Source: Chiloscyllium plagiosum
Lineage: Eukaryota
Direction of reading: 5' to 3'
DNA length: 64,000 nucleotides
Assembly (NCBI RefSeq): GCF_004010195.1
Contig: NC_057719.1
Span: 41,858,139-41,922,138, forward strand
The notes beneath the pieces are model-generated. The model was not told where the DNA came from and searched no databases. It saw nothing but the letters and a program-made list of their open reading frames with translations. Positions 53,080-64,000 of the stretch are shown one piece after another. The position numbers were made by a program, and so were the translations under genes. Every line of letters begins with the position of its first letter. Within the stretch, counting starts at the first letter, position 1.

Positions 53080-53392
53080 GAGATTAGATTAGATTACTTA
53101 CAGCGTGGAAACAGGCCCTTCAGCCCAACAAGTCCACACCGACCTGCCGAAGCACAACCCACCCAGATCCATTCCCCTACATTTACCCCTTCACCTAACA
53201 CTACGGGCAATTTAGCATGGCTAATTCACCTAACCTGCATGTTTTTGGGCTGTGGGAGGAAACCGGAGCACCCCAACGCAGACACGGGGAGAATGTGCAA
53301 ACTCCACACAGTCAGCTGCCTGAGGCAAGAATTGAACCTGGGTCTCTAGTGCTGTGATGCAGCAGTGCTAACCACTGTGGCACCGTGCCGCC
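53080..53392 (-). mobile_element. HE1-type SINE
   Basis: Complete reverse-oriented copy with (aatct)n tail. Confidence 0.88.
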
Positions 53393-55081
53393 CACTCCTA
53401 AACTCACTTTCAGCTGTGCAGAGTAAAGAAAGTGTGTTAGCTGGAGTGATTACCTTTCAAACAAACAGTAATGTGGACCATCTGAGTCCCTTCTAGTGTG
53501 CTGTCACCGTAAATCTGTCAGAATAGACATAATCTTGGCTGGAATGCACTTCCTCCAGAAAATCCAAGTTTGAGCACGCTGGGTGGTACAGTTGCATAAA
53601 TATTGGGGGTGGATTGATCTAAATCTTCTGACATTCAAAGAAAACCTGTGGCAAGATTATCCCTTTTGAATATTAAATGTCTTCAACATGTCCTGGCCCT
53701 GCTGAAGACCCAGTGTCAATTTCATTGCTGCAGATTAAAAGCATCACTGGGGTTAAATCACATTATCAGACCTTGACTTTTAAATCCCACAAGTTATTCA
53801 AATCATGCCTATTAGATTAGCACAGGCCTCGTGTAGAGTGCCAAGCTGCCTATATTTTAGCACCCTGTCTCATTTTCATGGGCCTTAGCTTTTGCATATA
53901 AAATGGAGGAGCAGCACTTTACAGACTCAGTCCATCTGTTTTGCCATTACTCTTATTTGCCATTTGGCTCTGAGTTTTATGCTGAAGGCTTGGTGGCTAT
54001 TTCCCATCCTTCACTGTACCACCTTGTTGTGCCTTGAACATTTTAGTCTCATTTCTACACCATCTGCCTTGCATTCAGCATATGTTACATGCAGTCAAGT
54101 ATATTGATATATACAATACCTGTTTGCATTCTCATGGAAATGCCTAGATGCAAAAGAACCAACAAAATGTATCATATTATCTGCAATGTAGAACTGCAAG
54201 GAGAATAGTTCTTAATATAATGTTACCTAACCTGTTTCAATATTGAATCTGCCGATAGTAGTGCAGCCTTCAAGTTGACTATTTAATATGACTTGAAATA
54301 TGTTAAAAGATCTTATTTGTCTTGGTCTAGTGCTAGGTAAATAGGAAGATGGGTCATCAATACTAGTCTTGGCTCAATGGTGGAACGTTAGCTTTGTCAG
54401 CAGAGTTGGCCTGTTCAATGTTACATACCAGCACTAAAACAATAAATTATTTCATTTCTTGTGGTCTTGGCATACTCAAATTCACAGCCTCATTTCCCAA
54501 TCTTAAGTCTGTGATTATACTCAAAAATCCTTCATTTTTAGGATATTCTGTGGTTGTCAATGGTGCTATTTAAATGAAACTTCTTTCTTTAATAATGCCT
54601 CATCTACCTTCATCGAAAAGAAATGATAAAGCAAAATATTTCTAAATTTAATCAAATAGATAATGAATGCTCTCTCAAGGGTACAACAATTAAGCAAGTA
54701 TAATATGATAATATGCGAGCATCATTCAAGTGATAATATGCCCGAACAATCATAGTTACTTATTTCTAATCTGAATTCTGAATGCTCACTATGTATTAGT
54801 TTGTATTCTTGTCAAAAATTGAGTATCATACTGAGATGACAAAAAAAAGACAGCAATCAAGTACAGCAAAACAAAGGCAGTATTAAATCATCTCAATGGC
54901 TACAATCCTTTTAAAAAAATCTTAACAGCACAATAGCATAAATATATTTGCTTATTTACTGTTACCATGTTGCTGGGATATCTAGGATAACCCACTGATC
55001 CCATAATACTGGACCTTTAATAATTTCTCAAACACCTCCATGGTAGTGTTCAACCAGTGTACAGTAAAATAATAAACCTAC

Positions 55082-55224
55082 CTTGCTCATCAATATGAAC
55101 ATCTCCAGCTTTCTCCAGGTCAGCGATTCTTGCTCGGAGCCCAGTATTATCCTCTTTCAGATCCATGAGAAGCTGCTCAGTTAGGCTTTCATTAATGACT
55201 GCTCTGTTCTGTACATTCTTAGCT
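55082..55224 (-). CDS. kif28: kif28 exon (neck linker/neck coil) AKNVQNRAVINESLTEQLLMDLKEDNTGLRARIADLEKAGDVHIDEQ
   Basis: ttaaag|A acceptor, CAAG|gtaggt donor, 143 nt, phase 2 to 1; kinesin-3 AVINE neck motif. Confidence 0.95.
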
Positions 55225-56169
55225 CTTTAAAGACAAGAAATGTGCAGATGATGTGTGTGCAGTTGGCTATAGGTTTATATTATTATAATACATAACTGTA
55301 CTGCACTTTGTCACATCACATTATTTTAAAATCTCTGAGGTATCTTTATTCAGCAGGTAGTATTATTACATGAGAGATGGACATCGGAAGTAGATGAAGT
55401 GGTTTTGTCTCATTTCTATAGGATCTCAATGCAGCTAAAGATGTGTCTTTATAGATAAAAAGCACAGATCTTTGCGTTTTTAATATGTCATGGCATTTAA
55501 TAAAAAAGTCAAATATATTTCAGTGCTTCATTATATACATACTTTCATCCAGTGCTTGATAGCCCTATTCTCCTGAACAAGGCACAAAAGTGCAGGCTGC
55601 AGCTTGGATGTTTGTGTAGAAATCTAGACCTTGTTATGTCCAATGCATAATGTATGTATTAGTGAGACAAAATTTCCATATGGGAAAAATAAACAGGATT
55701 CTTATCATAGCACAATTGGACATTATCCTATCTCTGCTTACTATTTTAGAGTGGCTGTCAGCACAAGTACTGGGGAAATTCTGCCATAAAATCATTAGGC
55801 TAATGAAGCAATCAGTGCACATATCATAGCATTATAGAATCCCTGCTGGGACAGAAAGAGGCCATTTGGTCCATTGAGTCTGCATGGACCCTCCAAATGG
55901 CATCCAAACCCAAACCCATACTCTATCCCTGCAACCCTGCATTTACCTTGACTAATCCACCTAGCCTACACAATGTTGGTCCAGATATTCCGGTTCGGAC
56001 AATCAGAGACAAGGCATCTGAGAGATACAAGTTGAAATCCAAGAGAGTTCCGATGCATTATCCAACATGAATTGTCCAGGAACTTTGAATTTCCAACTTG
56101 GAACTTTCCCTGATCCCTGGGACCATCCAAAAATGTCTCCAACTTTGGGTTAAAGTTGGAGATTTCATA

Positions 56170-57210
56170 CATGGGCTGAGGAGTGGCAGATGGAGTTTAA
56201 TTTGGATAAATGGGAGGAATTGCATTTTGGTAATACAAACAAGGTTAGAACTTTATACAATTAATGGTAGGACTGTGTTGTAGAACAGAGACACCTAGGG
56301 GTTCAGGTACATAATTCATTGAAATTTGTGTCACAGGTAAACAAGGTGGTTAAGGAGGCATTTAGCATGCTGGCCTTCATTGCTCAGACCTTTGAATATA
56401 GGAATTGGGATGTCATGTTGAGGTTGTATTGGATGTTGGTGAGGCTTTTCTAGAGGACTTTATTTTATTCACTGAGTATTGCTGGCTGGCCAGCATTTAT
56501 TTCCCATCCCTAGTTGCCTTTGAACTCAATGGCCTGCTGGGCCATTTCAAAGGGTAGTTGGTAGTCATCCACATTGCTATGAGTCTGGAATCACATGTAG
56601 GCCAGACCAGGAGAGGATAGCAGTTTCCTTCCCTGCAGGACATTTGTGAACCAGATAGCTTTTTTCAACAATCGGCAATGTTTTCATGGTCATCAGTAGA
56701 TTCTTAATTCCAGATTATTAACAAATTCAAATAACAGTGTGCAGTTCTGGTCGCCCTGTTAAAGGAAGGATATTATTAAACTGGAGAGGGTTCAGAAAAG
56801 ATTTACCAGGATATTGCTGGGAATAGAAGGCTTAACTTATAAAACCTGGAAAGGCTGGGACTTTTTCACTGGAGTTTAGGAGGTTTATTGAGATTTATAA
56901 AATCATGAGGTGATAGGTGAATGACAGGGGTCTTTTCCCTAATGTGGGGGAGTTCAAAACCAGGGGGCCTATTTTTAAGATAAAAGAGTTAAAAAGGACA
57001 TGACATGCAACTTTTTCACAGGGAGAATGGTTCATGAGTGGAATGAACTGCCAGAGAAAGTGGTAAATGCAGCTACAATGTGTTTAAGAGACATTTGGAA
57101 AAATATGGACCAAACACAGGTAGGTGCGATTAATTTAGTTTGGGAACATGTTTGGCATGGACTGGTTGGACCTAACTGTCTGTTTCTGGGCTGTATGACT
57201 CTGAATCTAT
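56170..57210 (+). mobile_element. CR1 RT-end/3' fragment, interrupted by another repeat at about 56455-56735
   Basis: tgggctgaggagtggcagatggagtttaat; ORF 57000..57212 (FFTGRMVHEWNELP). Confidence 0.8.
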
Positions 57211-58709
57211 GATCCTATTTTTTACCTGTATAGCTACCCCGGAAATGTAGAACAGATTAAAACCATGACTAACAGCTGTGTAACAAAACAACTGACTCCT
57301 TTAACTCCTCCAAGACCCCTTGACAACTTTACCCTGACCCCTTGACTCCTAGATCCAGCCTGACTAGACCGCACTACATCGTTTCCTTCTGACTTCCTCA
57401 TTCTCAATACTGGAAACTAATATCTAAGAAAAAAATATTGAATCTGGCCTACTAGTATGTGAGAAGAGAAACGATTTCAATGTAGATCATAAATTAAAAC
57501 TGGAAATTTGAATAAGTAAACTGTCTGACAAGACCAAGTAAAGGCAATGGGAAAAGATGAAATGGGGAATCATGAATCAGGAATAGTAATTCACACCGTA
57601 AAGCAGCTAAGCATGTTTTGTCTAATAATGAGATAAATACAAACCTTTACATCCCAGAGTGTTGTCATAAAAATAATGCAATAATGTATACAGTATGGCT
57701 GGCAATCTGCCAACACAAGACTTTTATGAATACAATTGTACACAAGAATCTACCAAACTATAAAGACAGAGACAACAAGTGTGTCCCAACATAGTGTAAG
57801 TTAAATGTTCATTCATTCTTTTCTACTCTATACTCACACAAACTCATGGGAGGAACAAAATCATAGAAAACCCTAAAGTCGCTTTAGGAAAGAAATGTGT
57901 CAAGTTTCTTTCAGATCCAGTTCTGACCAAACAAGCCCTGAGTAACAAAATAGCAATATTACTTTGTTTTCTGAAGAAAGTGTCACTAAAAACCTTAATT
58001 CTATTTTCCATTCAAAGATACTGCTAGACCTGCTAAGTTTCTTCAGTACTTTATTTTATTAATGGCATACTAACTTTGCACTTCTAAGAACTCACCAGCT
58101 CCTGTAATGGTAACATCTGTGCACCTAAGGTAGAATGCTGCTGCCAATCCTTCTTCCAGGGCGCATCTAAGATTTCTAGCATTTTGTGCAGAAGGATGAG
58201 CAATTGCAGTGCTTGTCTTCAAGAAGAAGATAAGGAATGTTCCATAGTACTATATACCTGTACAGACTATATTATACTGATGAAAACATGAGGAGCAGAA
58301 GACATGACTCTCTCCCATTACAACTTTTCTGAACACCTCAAGACTTTTCAAGACTCCTCAAGATTGCTCAACACTGACAAGTGGCTGTGTTACATATCAG
58401 AATCTATGAAGTTTCAGCTGGGCTCCTAGGTTAAGTATTTCAGATCCATTATCGAAGATAATGCTCCTTTACCAAAATGTTTGCAGTAAATCTACCCTCC
58501 CTAAATGTAGCAATCTATTCCTGAGGTTGATGACTGTCTTTAAAATGTAAGATTCCTAACAGCTAAACTATTTCCTTTACCCTATCTTCCTCCCTGAATT
58601 ATCCTGTTTAAATGTGGGTGGTTTGATCTTTTCATTATTTCATTACCTCTACAATTTCTCCCAGTAATTTATGTTTTCCTAATGTTAAATAGCCCTTGCC
58701 CACAAAACT

Positions 58710-59630
58710 TAGAGTCATAGAGTCACAGAGATGTACAGCATGGAAACAGACCCTTTGGTCCAACCCGTCCATGTCGACCAGATATCCCGACCCAATCTAT
58801 TCCCACCTGCCAACACCCGGCCCGTATCCCTCCAAACCCTTCCTATTCATATACCCATCCAAATGCCTCTTAAATGTTGCAATTGTACCAGCCTCGACCA
58901 CTTCCTCTGGCAGCTCATTCCTTACACGTACCACCCTCTATGTGAAAAAGATGCCCCTTAGGTGTCTTTTATATCTTTCCCCTCTCACCCTAAACCTATG
59001 CCCTCTCGTTCTGGACTACCCAAACCCAGGGATAAGACTTTGTCTATTTACCCTATCCATGCTGCTCATAATCTTGTAAACCTCTATAAGGTCACCCCTC
59101 AGCCTCCGACGCTCCAGAGAACACAGCCCCAGTCCAAACCCTTCCTATTCATATACCCATCCAAATGCCTCTTAAATGTTGCAATTGTACCAGCCTTGAC
59201 CACTTCCTCTGGCAGCTCATTCCATACAGGTACCACCCTCTATGTGAAAAAGATGCCCCTTAGGTGTCTTTTATATCTTTCCCCTCTCACCCTAAACCTA
59301 TGCCCTCGAGTTCTGGACTACCCAACCCCAGGGATAAGACTTTGTCTATTTACCCTATCTATGCCCCTCATAATCTTGTAAACCTCTATAAGGTCACCCC
59401 TCAGCCTCCGACGCTCCAGAGAACACAGCCCCAGCCTGTTCAACCTCTACCGATAGCTCAAATCCTCCAACCTTGGCAACATCTTTGTAAATCTTTTCTG
59501 AACCTTTTTAAGTTTCACAACATCTTTCCAATAGGAAGGAGACCAGAATTCCACGCAATATTCCCACAGTGGCCTAACCAATGTCCTGTACAGCCGTAAC
59601 ATGACCTCCCAACTTCTGTATTCAATACTC
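58710..59630 (-). mobile_element. CR1/HER1 3' fragment containing a 302-bp tandem duplication
   Basis: Reverse of the 2660-3340 family; unit starts tccaaacccttcc at 58831 and 59133. Confidence 0.9.
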
Positions 59631-60643
59631 TTACCTGATAACTAAAGACCCTTGATTAGGTGTGAGGTCAAAATACTGTCATCCTGATTGATTTGTGATT
59701 GGGAGTTCAATTTTCCAGATGGAAGAGATGACCATAATTATCTCTGCGAACAGTTTGTGATTTGTAATGGTAGCCTATGAATGGCTGCTGTCTGACTCTA
59801 GTGAGCTCTGCAAGCTCTTTTATTCACTCTGCTGTCTATAATGCTGTTCTGTCTAAGTATAACACCCACTAATGTAGTTGATTTCATCCCAGTCACTTGC
59901 ATAAGACAGCTAATGTCTCTCCTGCTCCTCAGATGCTGCCTGTGCTTTTCCAGGACCATAAGTTTTGGCGGCTAATGTCTCTAGTACATTGTGATTTTTT
60001 TTAATCATCATTTCATTATCATATCTATTCTCATTATACCATGCAAATATTTTCCACACCTGTCAGATTTCCCACCATATGAAGGGCCATGGTTATAGAT
60101 GAGGCTTAACATTCACTTCGCTTAGAATGTGGATTGCATATTTCATTTCATATTCTGTTGTCCTGGCAATGCATCTTGAGACCCTATTTCTTTTCAGACC
60201 TGCCTCCCCAACTTGTTATGGATTTCTAACTAATCAAGTTATGGAACCCCCAGTCCGTTCTCCATTTAACTTTTCTGTTTAGAGCCTCTCCACCCAAATG
60301 CATTATGCCAATCTACGAATCTTAACGGCTATTCATCTGACAGAGGCCTGTTCTCTCACCTTATCAGTTACAATCTATCCTTTCGTGTTTTTTTTCCACT
60401 AATGTAATCACTTCACTTGCATATTTGTACAAGTTTTCCTCTATGCCTTCATCCAAATCACTGATAAAAATAATAAAAAGCAATTTGTGTGATACTTGTA
60501 ATAGTGACTAGGCCACAGAGACTTCACCATCTGTCTACACTGAAGAACAGATTGTAAGGATCAAAATGCTACACATTTCATTCAATATGGTTTTGTTACT
60601 GATTTTGAGAGAAAACGTATAAATAAATTATGGTGTACTTTAC

Positions 60644-60711
60644 CTTTCTGCAAATCGTAATGTTGACATGGTCTCATCATAATAGATGTCTGCTGGACTA
60701 ATCATTGTAAC
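60644..60711 (-). CDS. kif28: kif28 exon (motor C-terminus) VTMISPADIYYDETMSTLRFAE(R)
   Basis: ttccag|GTT acceptor, AAAG|gtaaag donor, 68 nt, phase 0 to 2; canonical kinesin alpha6 motif ETxSTLRFA. Confidence 0.95.
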
Positions 60712-60964
60712 CTGGAAATAGTTCTTACAGTTAATGATCAGTATGCTACAGTAAATGCAGTAATCATTATGAATTAGACGCCACACCTTTCACTGCCATT
60801 TAGTCATTTCAAAATTTGAAGAAGGGATGCCCATAAAGATTTGTTCAACCATGCCTGCTTTTCACATGGATTAAAAACAGAATCTCTTACTTTAAAAATT
60901 AGAAGGGCCTCATGTGGAAGTTAATGTAATTTAAAGTTCTATTCTAAATATATGTACTGTACAT

Positions 60965-62095
60965 AGGCCAAGGAATGGCATAATGGAATTTCATTTAGAT
61001 AAATGTTAGGTGTTAGAGCCATAGAGTCATACAATCCTACAGCATGGAGACAGGCCCTTTGGTCCAAACTGGTCCATGCCGACCAAAATGTCCGTCAATG
61101 CTAACCCCATTTCCCTGCATTTGACCCATATCCTTCTCATCCTTTCCTATCCATGTACTTGTCCAAATGCCTTTTAACTGTTGTTAATGTACCCGCTTCA
61201 ACCACTGCTGCTAGCAGCTTATTCCACATGCATACCACCCTCTGTGTGAAAAAGCCACCCCTCGGGTTCCCTTTTATTCTTTCCCCTCTAACCTGAAATT
61301 GATGCCCTCCAGTTCTTGATTCCCTAAACCTGGGAAAAAGCTGTTGTATTTTGATAATACAAACCAGGACAGGAGCTACACTATTACCACAGTAGGGCCT
61401 TGGGGAGTGTTGTTGAACATCTAGAGGTTCAGGCACATAGCTCCATGAAAGTGGTGATGCAGGTAGACTGGGTGGTGAAGAAGGAATTCGACATGTTTGC
61501 CTTCATTGGTCAGAATGTTGAGTTGGGACGTCATGTTATGTCTGTACAAGATATTGGTAAGGCAACATTTGGAGTACTCAAACAATTCTGGTTGCCCTGC
61601 TATAGGAAGGATGTTAGTAAACTGGAAAGGGTGCAAAAAAGATTCACGTGGATGTTACTGAGACTGGAGGGTTTGCATTATAAGGATAGACCAGATAGGC
61701 TGGGACTTTTTTCCCTGGAGTGTAGGAGGCTGAGGAGTGACCTTATGAAATAATGAGAGGCATAGATAAGGTGAAGAGCCAAGGTCTTTTCCTCAGGCTG
61801 AGGAGTCCAGAACTAGAGGGCATACGTTTAAGGGGAGAGGGGAAAGATTTAAAAGGGACCTGAGGGACAATTTTATTCACACAGAGGGTGATGTGTGTAT
61901 GGAATACAGTGCCAGAGGAAGTGGTAGAGATGAGTACAATTACAACAATTAAAGGACATTTGGACAGTACATGGATAGCAAAGGTTTCGAGGGATATGGG
62001 TGAAACACAGGTAAATGGGGCTAGCTCAGTTTAGGAGAGCTGGTCAAGGAATTGGATGGAAGGGCCTGTTTCTGGGCTTTATGACTCTATGACTC
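60965..62095. mobile_element. Plus-strand CR1 3' fragment with a nested minus-strand CR1 3' end (about 61015-61345)
   Basis: ORF 61400..61753 (KLERVQKRFT...RRLRSDL) and minus ORF 61137..61436 (FFTQRVV..WN). Confidence 0.85.
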
Positions 62096-63787
62096 AAAAG
62101 GAAAAGGAAAATGGGGGTCTCCAGTGTTCCATTCACTGAGGTCTTATTCAGGGAGTTTTGCCAGTCTCAATACATTCTTGCCAAATTAATAAATTAACTT
62201 CATGCCAAAGGCCTGACCAATCCATTCAGATACTTCTGGATTTCAATACTGTTCAACGCCAGTTACATCAGGTTTTTTTCAGTCCAGATTCCTGAAGTAT
62301 TTCCACTCCAGCATGTCAGGCAGGATGCACTCTGAAGTTGTGGGAAATCCTCTGCAAATAAAGAGCTCTTTGGTATGTTGGTCAATTTCTGACCAACAGG
62401 AGAACACTTCGGCTATTGCTCTCAGCTGCCCTGATTTTAATTTTCAAGGAAGTCTGAGACTAGAGAACATGTAACAGAAAATCTTAGATTTTGTGTTCAG
62501 CAGATGGAAAGATCAAAATTATTAAGGTCACTGGAGAGGCTTCAATTGGTAGAAGGCATTTTATTGTTTTGATCGGGAGAAGAGTCATGCTCATGTTTGT
62601 CACCATATTATACAGATGTACCACAAGGGTTTATCTCAAAGTGAGTTATAATCCTGCATTATGTACTCTGAAACAAATGGGGAATGTTGTCAGCCAGTTT
62701 TCATGAAGATGATATCCTTTAAATATTTACCAAAGCATAAAGCAATTTCACTGCTGCATGCAGGAATATTAACCTATAAAATCAGCTATGTAAATAACAT
62801 TCTATTTAAAATCATAGTCCTTGAAATTATACAGTATGGAAATAGGTTGAAAAGCGTAATGCATTTGAAATTCTTCTTTCCTGCTATTGTGAGTTGTATT
62901 AATCAATTTATTTTGAAAGGTTAATGCTAAAGTTAAAAACGCGAAAAAAGCAATTTGAAATGAACATATTAAATGTTCATATGTATCAACCCATATCATA
63001 ATTTCAAGGTCATTTAAAAAATTCATTGTTATTTATTTGGAGGTTGGTTGCTTTCCTTCCACTGTTTAATAGATTGCCAAACCCTACTGGTTTCTTAAAT
63101 ATTTGCAGAAACATGTTGGAAACATAGCATTTACTTTTTGAAATGTTCTATGTGTCTCTTATAGAATGTGCAACAATTATCTTTTGCTATTTTGATTTTC
63201 TTTCGCTCCTGTATCCATAGATTCCAGACCTTTGGTCCTTTTGCAAGGATGCTTTTTAATATAATCATGTAAACAGGAAGATGTGGAAATCCCTTGACTG
63301 GTCTCGCAGAGTAACTTTGGTAGACAGAAGACCAGCAGAACTTTTGGAGAAAAAGTCGATAATCAATTGAGGATCAGTTGACTTCCCACCAGCATTACAA
63401 CTTGAGACTGTGAAATCCCTGGGGGAGCATCAGTAATGTAAACTGAGGACAATAACCATGTAATTTCCATTTGTTTTCCAATGTCCAAATATGTTAGCTT
63501 TCTGTCAACCAACACTAGATAGCTACCAGAATTAGAAGTATAGGTTCATTCTTCAATCCTTCAAGAATGGCTACACAATGGCTAGTAATAACTCCTAATC
63601 CCTACTGCAACTGAGAAAAACCAATAAAGGACTGAGTAAGCACATTGCTAGCCTGTATGGTTCAAATGTTATATTCAGTCACTGAAGAGCTCTCAAAAGC
63701 TTGTCTGCAAATTTCTTTCCTTCATAGTTAAGTGGACTGTGTTGTATGGTTTGCAAGTATGTTAATCCTGTTGAATTTTCTTTTTTC

Positions 63788-64000
63788 CAGTGTGGAAACA
63801 GGCCCTTCGGCCCAACAAGTCCACACCGACCCGCTGAAGCGCAACCCACCCCTCTACATTTATCCCTTCACCTAACATTACGGGCAATTTAGCATGGCCA
63901 ATTCACCTAACCTGCACATTTTTTGAATGTGGGAGGAAACCGGAGCACCCGAAGGAAACCCACGCAGACACAGGGAGAATGTGCAAACTACACACAGTCA
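63788..64000 (-). mobile_element. HE1-type SINE (runs off the window end)
   Basis: cagtgtggaaacaggcccttcggcccaacaagtcc... as in the other copies. Confidence 0.88.

Larger units (their letters stand above)
20850..60711 (-). other. kif28: Kinesin-like protein KIF28 (kinesin-3/KLP-6-like) gene, partial span of 16 traced coding exons
   Basis: 16 exons with AG acceptors and GT donors whose phases chain exactly (1989 nt, 663 codons, no stop). Motifs SPADIYYDETMSTLRFAERAK (kinesin motor end), PYFLNVNEDPQLSG, FHA strands, ANQISEELNK, DPFWD, LWGLQEGC and DAEFAKALKTFY match recalled KIF28P-type sequences. Confidence 0.88.

Noticed and set aside
60712..64000. Upstream kif28 motor exon (expected LGGNS-type motif)
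   Set aside because: No matching exon found; probably lies beyond the window end

Overview
Eukaryotic genomic DNA, almost certainly from a cartilaginous fish (inferred from abundant HE1-type tRNA-derived SINEs and CR1/HER1-type LINE debris). The main gene is a kinesin-3-like KIF28 (KLP-6-like) gene on the minus strand. I traced 16 GT-AG exons from 60711 down to 20850 that splice phase-consistently into 1989 nt (663 codons) with no stop: end of motor domain, neck coil, FHA domain, KIF1B-like region, C-terminal coiled coil. The 5' motor exons lie beyond the window and I could not place the terminal exon. Introns and the left 20 kb are dominated by decayed retroelements. Most notable: several Penelope-like insertions carry minimal hammerhead-ribozyme motifs, including a perfect 92-bp palindrome with two back-to-back hammerhead cores inside a 21-bp minisatellite; one such insertion appears to have duplicated a kif28 splice donor as its target site; and there are candidate poison and mutually exclusive exons. 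Most ORFs in the supplied track are TE-derived or spurious. Repeat boundaries are approximate (read by eye); family names come from recalled sequence similarity, not a database search.
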